This document shows positions 1 through 7,678 of a DNA stretch of 32,000 nt, piece by piece (within the stretch, counting starts at the first letter, position 1; the number at the start of each line of letters is the position of its first letter). The notes under the pieces are model-generated. The model was not told where the DNA came from. It saw only the letters and a program-made list of their open reading frames with translations, and searched no databases. This DNA comes from Methanobrevibacter sp. GTDB taxonomy: Archaea; Methanobacteriota; Methanobacteria; Methanobacteriales; Methanobacteriaceae. The stretch is from NCBI RefSeq assembly GCF_050872065.1, contig NZ_JBNMGD010000012.1, positions 1 through 32,000 on the forward strand, given 5' to 3'. The translations under genes were made by a program, and so were the position numbers.

Positions 1-59
1 AAAGAATACTTCACATATTTTTTTAAATTTTATATAATTATAAACTAAATAGTATAATT

Positions 60-1301
60 ATGATAATATCAAGAAAAAATTTAACCTATTATACCGGATG
101 CTTTTTAATGGGGATGATTTTTGCAGTTATTGTTTGGCTATTCATAGAATTAATGCACATCGGAACTGGATTTTTATGGGATTATCTTCCAGGACAATTT
201 GATTTAAAAGTTTATCCAATTATAATATGTTTAGTAGGAGGATTAATTTTAGGTTTGATTAAAAGTAAATACGGCGAATCCGTTTACGAAATGAATGTGC
301 TGCTCTCAGATAGAAAAAAAGGGAAAAAATTACAAAATGAAAATATACTTTTAATATTTGTCAGTGCACTGATTCCCATAATATTTGGAGGGAGTATAGG
401 ACCTGAAGCAGGATTATGCGGTATTATAATAGCTCTCTGTATGTGGTTATCAAAATTCATGACTTTTTTTAAGAAAAATATCTATGATATCTGTGATGTA
501 GGTATCAACTCAGTATTCTCTTTGATATTTGTAGCACCATTATACGGTCTGGTGGCTCCAATAGAAGATCAGGAAAACAGTGAAAAAAAGACATACAGTA
601 ATATTCTTTGTATTTTAGGAGCTCTTCTTGTATTTTATATTCTAAGACAAATTTTCAGTACCTCTGTGGGTTTTCCTCATGTTGGAGGATATGACATAAG
701 TAACTTTGAAAGATTATTAGGAATACCCTTGGCAATTATCGGCTCATTATTTGGAGTAGTATACTTGCTTTTTGATAAATATACTGAGAAAATACTTGAA
801 AAAATAAAATTTAAAAGTAATATTTTAATTACATGTTTGATTGGAGGATTAATATTAGGTATTTTCGGCATGATATCACCATTCACTATGTTTTCAGGTG
901 AAACAAACATGACAGTGATTCTTGAAACTTATGCAGTATACAGCCCAGCCATTTTAATTGCTATTGGAATTGCAAAATTGCTTCTCACCAATATCTGCAT
1001 TAAGTCAGGATGGAAAGGAGGTCATTTCTTCCCAGTGATTTTTTGTGGAATCATAATTGGATGTGGATTCTCATTATTGTTTAATTTGGACATAGGATTT
1101 AGTGTAGCAGTCATAACCGCTTCAATTCTTGGTGTCTTAATGAAAAAACCAATAGGTGCTGCACTATTGCTGCTATTATGTTTTGATCCTAGAATAATTC
1201 CATGGCTTGTTGTAGCTGCATTTATCGGTTCTGTTATTCCAACCAATTGGATTAATCCAGTAAAAATAAAAAAAGAAGAATTAAAAATTGAGGAAGGTTA
1301 A
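60..1301 (+). CDS. ClC-type chloride channel family membrane protein
   Basis: 413-aa ORF, hydrophobic throughout with about 10 predicted spans. GGSIGPEAG (G-x-E-G-P-like) and GGHFFP (G-x-F-x-P) resemble ClC selectivity-filter motifs. Confidence 0.65.
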   Translation: MIISRKNLTYYTGCFLMGMIFAVIVWLFIELMHIGTGFLWDYLPGQFDLKVYPIIICLVGGLILGLIKSKYGESVYEMNVLLSDRKKGKKLQNENILLIFVSALIPIIFGGSIGPEAGLCGIIIALCMWLSKFMTFFKKNIYDICDVGINSVFSLIFVAPLYGLVAPIEDQENSEKKTYSNILCILGALLVFYILRQIFSTSVGFPHVGGYDISNFERLLGIPLAIIGSLFGVVYLLFDKYTEKILEKIKFKSNILITCLIGGLILGIFGMISPFTMFSGETNMTVILETYAVYSPAILIAIGIAKLLLTNICIKSGWKGGHFFPVIFCGIIIGCGFSLLFNLDIGFSVAVITASILGVLMKKPIGAALLLLLCFDPRIIPWLVVAAFIGSVIPTNWINPVKIKKEELKIEEG

Positions 1302-1442
1302 TCATTCCTCATTTTTTTGATCCAACATCTGTATTTCATTGCTCATATCATATTAATACATATGTATTAACTCATATCTCACTATGAACTCTATTTAGCA
1401 TCACCTATCTATATTTCTTCATTGAAAATTATAATAATCATT

Positions 1443-1718
1443 ATGTATACTATAGCTATTTTTGATGTTAAATTCAAAACTAACAAAGAGAAAATTGAAA
1501 ACATTTTAAGACACTTTGGACTTAGAAAAATTCAGACAAATACATATATTGGAAAATTAAGTAATGCTAATTTAACTAGTTTTAAAAAAGAAATTAAATT
1601 GGCAATTCCTAAAAAAGATAGCCTATTAATTCTACCAATTTGTGATAACTGCTATTCAAAAAAAGATACATTTGGACGAAGAATAAATTTCAGTGAAAAT
1701 TTGTATAGGGTGTTTTAG
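1443..1718 (+). CDS. cas2: CRISPR-associated endoribonuclease Cas2
   Basis: The track ORF starts at TTG 1422. ATG 1443 gives MYTIAIFDV..., the canonical Cas2 first beta-strand with the conserved Asp. GLRKIQTNTYIGKL and DSLLILPI fit the Cas2 ferredoxin fold. About 91 aa. The TAG stop at 1716-1718 abuts the cas1 ATG at 1720. Confidence 0.8.
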   Translation: MYTIAIFDVKFKTNKEKIENILRHFGLRKIQTNTYIGKLSNANLTSFKKEIKLAIPKKDSLLILPICDNCYSKKDTFGRRINFSENLYRVF

Positions 1719-1719
1719 A

Positions 1720-2715
1720 ATGAATATTCTAATTGAAGGATTCAACAAATCAATTCACAAAAAAGATAATCAACTTGTCATAAAACAAAAAGATATTATC
1801 CTAGATTCCATTAAAGCAGACAAAATATCTAGCATAGTTATAATAGGAAAAGGATATATAACATTTGATGCCCTAACACTAATTGCAAATAATAACATCA
1901 AACTAATTTCAATTGATTATTTAGGTAAATTAAATTATTTAATAGAATCACCAGACTGGAGAAATGTGAAAATAAAAAAACAGCAGTATTTACTAAGTGA
2001 AAATAAAAAAGGTATCAAGATATCCCGTGAAATAATAAAATCAAAAATGATAAACCAAAAATCAACATTAACAACCTTAAACAAGCGCCGTAAAATTAAA
2101 GAAATAGATGAAATAAAAAATAATATTACTCTTCAAATTAATAGATTGAATTCCATTAAACTAACAAATAATCATGAAAAAGTAAAAATGCAAATAATGG
2201 GGTGTGAAGGAAAAGCATCAGCTCATTATTGGAGTGGGATAAAATTATTAATCCCCAAAGATATAGGATTTGAAAAAAGAACCAAAAAACCAACAGACTT
2301 ATTGAATTCCATGCTGAACTATGGATATGCTATTTTGGCAACTGAAATAACCAAATCAATATTAATAAATGGATTAGATCCATATTGCGGTTTCCTCCAT
2401 TTCGACATGGACCAAAGAACAAGTTTAACATATGATTTAATAGAAGATTTCAGACAACAACTCGTAGACAAAACAGTATTAAATCTTATCAATAGAAAAC
2501 AAGTTACAAATAATGATTTAGATAAAAGAAACAAAACTATAAAATTAGAAAAAAGAAAACTGATTATTTCAAAAATTCAAGAAAAACTACACTCAACAAT
2601 AAAATACAATGATGAAGAAGTAACTTACAGCGAAATAATTAATAAACAATCATCAAATTTAGTAAAAACTCTTTTAAATGATGAAAAATTTAAAGGATTT
2701 AATTTGCATTGGTGA
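1720..2715 (+). CDS. cas1: CRISPR-associated integrase Cas1
   Basis: Cas1 hallmarks are present: GCEGKASAHYW (catalytic Glu region), NSMLNYGYAIL, and GLDPYCGFLHFDMDQRTSLTYDLIEDFR (His plus two Asp). The likely start is ATG 1720 after a GGGTG RBS; the track ORF start at 1693 overlaps cas2. Confidence 0.92.
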   Translation: MNILIEGFNKSIHKKDNQLVIKQKDIILDSIKADKISSIVIIGKGYITFDALTLIANNNIKLISIDYLGKLNYLIESPDWRNVKIKKQQYLLSENKKGIKISREIIKSKMINQKSTLTTLNKRRKIKEIDEIKNNITLQINRLNSIKLTNNHEKVKMQIMGCEGKASAHYWSGIKLLIPKDIGFEKRTKKPTDLLNSMLNYGYAILATEITKSILINGLDPYCGFLHFDMDQRTSLTYDLIEDFRQQLVDKTVLNLINRKQVTNNDLDKRNKTIKLEKRKLIISKIQEKLHSTIKYNDEEVTYSEIINKQSSNLVKTLLNDEKFKGFNLHW

Positions 2716-2900
2716 AGACAACATTAATATTTTTAAGTTATGAATGTTTGTCCTAAAAAACAGATAAAAAAAGATAGTACTTAGATAATTTTTTGAGGAC
2801 AACAATGCCCTTTTTTAAGGAAAAAATCATGACCCTGAAAAAAAATTTAAAAAAGAAAAATAAATACCTTAAATAACTAAAAGAAGAAAAAATAATAAGA
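2716..2900 (+). promoter_or_regulatory. Putative CRISPR leader
   Basis: 185-bp non-coding stretch rich in A/T runs, lying between the cas1 stop and the first repeat copy. This is the classical leader position. No promoter was mapped. Confidence 0.5.
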
Positions 2901-2937
2901 GTTTAAAACGAATATTATCTTAAGTAATATTCAGAAC
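2901..2937 (+). repeat. CRISPR-type repeat R1 (perfect)
   Basis: 37 nt. Parses as GTTTAAAAC, 8-bp stem GAATATTA/TAATATTC around a 7-nt loop TCTTAAG, then AGAAC. First copy after the leader. Confidence 0.9.
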
Positions 2938-2979
2938 CAAAGAATGCGAAAGAAATAATATATTGTGGAGGTAGATAAT

Positions 2980-3234
2980 ATGACATACTTTTTAGATATG
3001 GATTTACATGAACCTTTTGGTATACCAGAAGTTGTTGAAACTACTGCAGATACTCGCACACGTCTAAGCAATAAGACAACTAAGGAATTAGTTGATTATT
3101 TGATTGGGGTGGACAAGAGTATTAAAGCAGGTTTTGAGAATGCGATTTATTTCCAGGAATGGAGTGTTGGATCTGATATTCTACGTAAGCGTGGTTATGA
3201 AATTCATGGACCATCTGATATTTATAATTTATAG
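2980..3234 (+). CDS. Hypothetical protein (84 aa) in the compositionally foreign block
   Basis: ATG 2980 is preceded by GGAGGT at a 7-nt spacing (track ORF starts at GTG 2965). G+C is much higher than the surroundings. No family recognised. Confidence 0.6.
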   Translation: MTYFLDMDLHEPFGIPEVVETTADTRTRLSNKTTKELVDYLIGVDKSIKAGFENAIYFQEWSVGSDILRKRGYEIHGPSDIYNL

Positions 3235-3247
3235 GAGGTAGATATAA

Positions 3248-3931
3248 GTGGTTTTATTAGAATTGTTAGGTGTAGCTTTAGGTGCTTCTTTAGTTAATGG
3301 CATGGCTAAGAAATCAAGTATGAAAGCAAATCCGCAATTAGATGTTAAGCAATTTGATGCTGATTGTGCTAGATATAGTGTGATCGGTCAAGACATCATG
3401 GATGTTGCTGCTCGTTGTGGTGTAAAACCGAATAAATACGGTGTGTTGCCAGAAGATGGGTACAAGCATTGCATGGGATATGTCACTCAGTATGTCAATC
3501 ATCCTGACGATGTTGAATTATTCAAACGTGATTGGTTATTGACTGTTGAACAACAACTCAAAGCTAAATCAAATCTGATGATTCGTAAGTATTGGGATGA
3601 TTATCAGCATCAGTATAATGGTTACTTGAACAACAAAGAGTATTGGACTTCTGGACCGGAGATTGTACTGGAGTTTAAGCACTGGCATGGTTTGCCAAAA
3701 GATCAGCATTTGAAACGCTTAAAAGATATTCAAACTAAAACATTTTGGGGTGAATTATGTTTGCAAGATCCAATCTTACGCAAGAATCCACGCATTAATG
3801 ATTCATACATTGAAGTATGGGTAATGAGAGGTGGTAAACATGACAAACAAGGCAATTGGGTAACACATAATGCTTGGGAAATGACATATGAGATTTGCTG
3901 TGGTGTGTGTGGCTATGACGCAATGTTATAG
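3248..3931 (+). CDS. Hypothetical protein (227 aa) in the compositionally foreign block
   Basis: GTG start preceded by AGGAGGT. Hydrophobic N-terminus (LLELLGVALGASLV) and Cys-rich C-terminus (CCGVCGYD). About 42% G+C by hand count of lines 3361-3480 and 3661-3720. No family recognised. Confidence 0.7.
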   Translation: MVLLELLGVALGASLVNGMAKKSSMKANPQLDVKQFDADCARYSVIGQDIMDVAARCGVKPNKYGVLPEDGYKHCMGYVTQYVNHPDDVELFKRDWLLTVEQQLKAKSNLMIRKYWDDYQHQYNGYLNNKEYWTSGPEIVLEFKHWHGLPKDQHLKRLKDIQTKTFWGELCLQDPILRKNPRINDSYIEVWVMRGGKHDKQGNWVTHNAWEMTYEICCGVCGYDAML

Positions 3932-3955
3932 TCACATTTTTAAAAAGGTGATATT

Positions 3956-4209
3956 ATGGTATTAATTTATAAAACAGAAGATAATGAATATTTTACTTTA
4001 GCAGAATTAGCACAAAAATTTCCAAAAGAGTGGGCTTACTGTTTGAGTTTAAAACGAATATTATCTTAAGTAATATTCAGAACAAAACTTTGGGAAACAG
4101 ATCCAATTGCCTATTATGAATGGAAACGTGAGTGTATTGAACTGAATATGTTACCTGATTTTTTTGGTACTCGTGATAATCCTATTCCTATTGATGAATC
4201 TAAATTATA
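3956..4209 (+). pseudogene. Small ORF split by repeat copy R2
   Basis: ATG 3956 (MVLIYKTEDNEYFTLAELAQKFPKEWAYCL) runs into R2 and stops at the TAA inside the repeat. The same reading frame reopens right after R2 (KLWETDPIAYYEWKRECIELNMLPDFFGTRDNPIPIDESKL) and ends at TAA 4207-4209. Confidence 0.45.
4047..4083 (+). repeat. CRISPR-type repeat R2 (perfect)
   Basis: Identical 37-mer, same orientation as R1. Confidence 0.9.
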
Positions 4210-4229
4210 AAACTTTTTTTTTAAATTTT

Positions 4230-4266
4230 GTTCTGAATATTACTTAAGATAATATTCGTTTTAAAC
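4230..4266 (-). repeat. CRISPR-type repeat R3 (perfect, inverted)
   Basis: Exact reverse complement of the 37-mer, 146 bp from R2. Confidence 0.9.
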
Positions 4267-4306
4267 GTAATAAAAATATGTATGTTAAGGATTGGAGTGA
4301 AAACAA

Positions 4307-5419
4307 ATGGTGGAGAAAAAACTCAAAAAGTCAGATGAAAGATTTGGTCTTGAATTTGAAGTTAAGAAAAATACAAAGAATGCAAACCGTATCGGATTCA
4401 GTAATACATTATTTGATGTTGGTGAAAAAGTCTATGTTCTGTCAGAAGAGCAGCACTATGATATTATAAAACAGATAGATCAGGTTGATGAATACAAAGA
4501 AAGAATAGCTGAACTTGAAACTGAAATAGCTAATGGATTAACAGACAATAATCTTGAAAATGAACTTCAGGAAAAAGATCAAATGATTAACACTCTGAAA
4601 GATAGGGTTGATTCACTTGGAAAAGAACTTGAATCAAATAAATCAGAAGTTAAAGTCCATGATAAAGATGAAATGGAAGAGTTAAAAGAACAGCTTAAAA
4701 GTTCACAGTCTCAGGAAGCTTATTGGAAAAATGCTTATGAAAATCTGATTGATACATCTGATGAATTATCTGCCAGAAATGAATCCCTCATTAAAGAAAA
4801 TGAAAAACTAAGAAACGATAACAATAACATTAACGAAACCAACAAATTGTTAAATGACAATATGATGGGATTAAACGATAACTATAAAGAAACAAAAGAC
4901 GAACTCCAGTCCAATTTTGAAGAAAAGGAAAATGAATTAAAAGAAACCATTGAAAAACAACAATCTCATATAGATGAATTAAATGATAAATTACAATCCT
5001 TATCCAGTCTTAAAGAATATATTCCACCAAAAGAACATTATGAAGCACTTGAGGAATTGAAAGATAAAATAAAAGAAGTTGAAACAGAATTAAACAAAGC
5101 CAATGCTGAAATCAATCTTAAACTATCCAATCAGAAATCTGAACTGGAAATAAAACACACTGAAGAAAAAGCACAAATGCTAATAGCTTACAATCAAGAG
5201 CTTAACAATAACAAATTAAAATATAATGAACTAGCAAAAGATTATAATCATTTACTTGGAGATGCTAATTCATTATCAAGAATAAACACTTTCTTTAATG
5301 GGAAACATAAACTAATTGTTAAAGATAAAGAACCTGTGGAACTTGAAGAGATAGAGGTGGAAAAAGAACCAACAGAAACAATAGAATATGTTCCCAAAGA
5401 CAAAGTAACATTAATATGA
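4307..5419 (+). CDS. Coiled-coil protein (370 aa), function unknown
   Basis: GGAGTGA RBS before the ATG. Long E/K/N/L-rich heptad-like stretches (ELETEIANG..., LKEQLKSSQ..., ELNDKLQSL...). The last 82 nt are duplicated at 6949-7030. Confidence 0.75.
   Translation: MVEKKLKKSDERFGLEFEVKKNTKNANRIGFSNTLFDVGEKVYVLSEEQHYDIIKQIDQVDEYKERIAELETEIANGLTDNNLENELQEKDQMINTLKDRVDSLGKELESNKSEVKVHDKDEMEELKEQLKSSQSQEAYWKNAYENLIDTSDELSARNESLIKENEKLRNDNNNINETNKLLNDNMMGLNDNYKETKDELQSNFEEKENELKETIEKQQSHIDELNDKLQSLSSLKEYIPPKEHYEALEELKDKIKEVETELNKANAEINLKLSNQKSELEIKHTEEKAQMLIAYNQELNNNKLKYNELAKDYNHLLGDANSLSRINTFFNGKHKLIVKDKEPVELEEIEVEKEPTETIEYVPKDKVTLI
5336..5417 (+). repeat. 82-bp direct repeat, left copy (3' end of the coiled-coil gene)
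   Basis: GTGGAACTTGAAGAGATAGAGGTGG...AACATTAATAT matches 6949-7030 at 80 of 82 positions. Confidence 0.9.
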
Positions 5420-5452
5420 ATATTTATTTATTAATATATGAAAGGTGAAACT

Positions 5453-6925
5453 ATGGATAAAGCATCAGAAAAAGTACCTAAAGTATTTATATCTTATTCT
5501 TGGACAAATGAAGAACATATAGAACAAGTTATAGAATTTGCTACATATTTGGTTAATAATCATGTTGATGTCATATTGGATGAATGGGATGCTCCTGAAG
5601 GAATAGACTTAAATTATTTCATGGAAGAAAATGTTAGATCAGAAGACACAGATTTTGTTCTCATAATTTCTGATAAAGAATATGCTCGTAAAGCTAACGA
5701 AAGAACGGGTGGTGTTGGTACTGAAACACAAATTATTAGCAAAAGAGTTTATGAAGATGTAAACCAAACAAAGTTTATCCCAATAGTTTGGCAAAATGAT
5801 GATGATGGAAAACCATGTCTACCAGATTATTTAGCATCTAGAAGATATTTTGATTTAACACCGAAGAATAGATATTCAAATTCTGAAAAAGTATTACGAA
5901 GATTACATGGTATTCCAGAAAATCCAAAACCAAAATTGGGTGAATTTCCTAAGAAATTGTTAGAAACTAATAAATATTATCCCTCGTTAAAAGAAATTAT
6001 CGAAACATTTGATGAAAAAATTGAAAAAAATCCTAAATCAATCAATTCAATTTCAAGACATTTCTTTAAAGATTTTTTACATAATTTTGATGAGTTTAAA
6101 ATAAAATTTCAGACACGAAATGCGTTAGAAATTGCTAATCAATTACACGATAATATTGAAGAGTTTATTCCATTAAGAAATTATTATATTGAATTTATTG
6201 AAAAAATTACTCAAGTTTATGAGTTTGCCCCAGTAGATGGCGATATAATTAAAGAATTATTTGAAAATATTTATTCTAACTATTTTATACCTAAACCTGG
6301 TGAATCTTATATAAGTGAAGATTTTATGAATTTTGACTTTATCGTAAGAGAACTTTTTTTATATACAATTACTATCTCAATTAAAAATGAATATTACCAA
6401 CTTACAAGTAATCTTTTAAACACTCCGTATTTTTTTAATGACCCATATAATTCTAATGATACTAAAACATTTTTAGATTTGGACAAAAGAAGATATGTTC
6501 GTACTGATGAATATTTAACATATTATTGTAAGGAACATAATCTTAATAAATTAACTGGGATGGGACATTTTTTGATTTCAAGAATTCATAAAAATTATGT
6601 AATTGAAGAATTAGTAAACTCAGACATCTTATGTTGTCATATTTCTATAATTAATTTGCAGGATTCCGATGGTTGGTTCCCATTTACATATATTTACAAA
6701 GAAACAAAGTACATGCATTTATATCAAAAATTAATTTCTGAAAGTTATTATAAGAAAGTTAAATGTATCTTTGACATTGAATCTAAAGAAGAATTGGTAA
6801 AGAAGATTAAATATTCTGATGAGTATTTTGGAAAAATGAGATATGGATTTAGAAGTGTTTTCATGAATTATGTTAAACCAATTAGTGAATATATTAATGC
6901 TGATGAAATTGCAAGTAGAAAATAG
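5453..6925 (+). CDS. TIR/SEFIR-like domain protein with a roughly 300-aa uncharacterised C-terminal domain
   Basis: The N-terminus KVFISYSWTNEEH...VDVILDEWD...FVLIISDKEYARKANERTGGVGTETQII...KFIPIVW matches the bacterial TIR-like/SEFIR pattern (FISYSW, DxWD, GGVGxE). ATG 5453 follows an AAAGGTGA RBS; the track start is 5438. Confidence 0.7.
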   Translation: MDKASEKVPKVFISYSWTNEEHIEQVIEFATYLVNNHVDVILDEWDAPEGIDLNYFMEENVRSEDTDFVLIISDKEYARKANERTGGVGTETQIISKRVYEDVNQTKFIPIVWQNDDDGKPCLPDYLASRRYFDLTPKNRYSNSEKVLRRLHGIPENPKPKLGEFPKKLLETNKYYPSLKEIIETFDEKIEKNPKSINSISRHFFKDFLHNFDEFKIKFQTRNALEIANQLHDNIEEFIPLRNYYIEFIEKITQVYEFAPVDGDIIKELFENIYSNYFIPKPGESYISEDFMNFDFIVRELFLYTITISIKNEYYQLTSNLLNTPYFFNDPYNSNDTKTFLDLDKRRYVRTDEYLTYYCKEHNLNKLTGMGHFLISRIHKNYVIEELVNSDILCCHISIINLQDSDGWFPFTYIYKETKYMHLYQKLISESYYKKVKCIFDIESKEELVKKIKYSDEYFGKMRYGFRSVFMNYVKPISEYINADEIASRK

Positions 6926-6948
6926 TTTGTATATACCAATATTTAAAA

Positions 6949-7030
6949 GTGGAACTTGAAGAGATAGATGTGGAAAAAGAACCAACAGAAACAATAGAAT
7001 ATGTTTCCAAAGACAAAGTAACATTAATAT
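6949..7030 (+). repeat. 82-bp direct repeat, right copy
   Basis: 80/82 identical to 5336-5417. It retains the coding frame of the coiled-coil C-terminus (VELEEIDVEKEPTETIEYVSKDKVTLI, then a stop) without an upstream gene body. Confidence 0.9.
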
Positions 7031-7033
7031 AAA

Positions 7034-7564
7034 CTATTCAATTGATTTGAGTATCTCATCCATCAATTCAGAAGTGTTAATGTTATTTTCCTCACCTATT
7101 TCATATTCAATAACAGATCCAACCAGCTTGTCAAGGGATCTATCTTGAATAGCTGAAATGATTCTTAACTTCATGTGAGTTTCAAGATCTACTTTAACAT
7201 TAATTCTTTTTCTGGGATTGCCTTTATTTAATAGCTTATCGTTAATATCATATGTAGAATTGTCTATATCTTTTCTTTTGAACCAGTCATCTTCATTAAC
7301 ATCTTTAAAAGCATCTTCAACATATTTGGCTATATCAATATCTGCAACTTTATCTTCAATAATGGATGTTGCAACTTTTTCTAAACTGGAATCTTTTGAA
7401 GCTGCAATAACTTTTAACTTCTTGTGAGTGTTTGGGAATAGCTTAACAGTTATTTGTTTTCTTTGTGTTTCAATATCGTTAATGTAGTCTTCTTTAACTT
7501 CTTTTATGGCGTTTTCTCTTTGAACTTGTTTTTCAATAAGCTCTTCAATTTTATTGTCTGTCAT
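7034..7564 (-). CDS. Tandem ribbon-helix-helix (CopG/Arc-like) DNA-binding protein
   Basis: Two internal RHH-like units: KQITVKLFPNTHKKLKVIAASKDSSLEKVATSIIEDKV and KRINVKVDLETHMKLRIISAIQDRSLDKLVGSVIEYEI. AGGAGGA RBS upstream. Confidence 0.7.
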   Translation of the reverse strand: MTDNKIEELIEKQVQRENAIKEVKEDYINDIETQRKQITVKLFPNTHKKLKVIAASKDSSLEKVATSIIEDKVADIDIAKYVEDAFKDVNEDDWFKRKDIDNSTYDINDKLLNKGNPRKRINVKVDLETHMKLRIISAIQDRSLDKLVGSVIEYEIGEENNINTSELMDEILKSIE

Positions 7565-7584
7565 GTTATTTTCCTCCTGTATGT

Positions 7585-7619
7585 TTAATAATGTAATTAC
7601 ATTAATAATGTATTTACAT
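7585..7619. promoter_or_regulatory. Tandem palindromic operator-like sites upstream of the RHH gene
   Basis: TTAATAATGTAATTACAT is followed directly by TAATAATGTATTTACAT. The cores are the perfect 12-bp palindrome ATGTAATTACAT (7591-7602) and the near-palindrome ATGTATTTACAT (7608-7619). The sites lie 20-55 bp upstream of the RHH start codon. Confidence 0.5.
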
Positions 7620-7678
7620 AATATATTTTTGTTGATATATAAATATTATGTTATTTTGAAAAATAAGCTGCCCATCTC

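Noticed and set aside
1422-1719. N-terminal extensions of cas2 (TTG 1422) and cas1 (1693) given by the ORF track
   Set aside because: The internal ATGs at 1443 and 1720 give canonical Cas2 and Cas1 N-termini and remove the cas2/cas1 overlap. The extensions add only low-complexity residues.
1302-2900. A casposon (Cas1-solo transposon)
   Set aside because: Cas2 is present and tightly coupled to Cas1. There is no family B polymerase. No copy of the 37-mer or other inverted repeat lies upstream of cas2, in 1302-1442, to form a left terminus.
2901-4266. A canonical CRISPR array with 30-45 bp spacers downstream of cas1
   Set aside because: Only three repeat copies lie here. They are separated by 1109 and 146 bp, and one is inverted. 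No regular repeat-spacer periodicity exists anywhere in the window.
4278-4469. A 63-aa ORF overlapping the start of the coiled-coil gene
   Set aside because: It lies in an alternative frame of a much longer and better-supported ORF, has no RBS and has a lysine- and arginine-rich junk-like composition.
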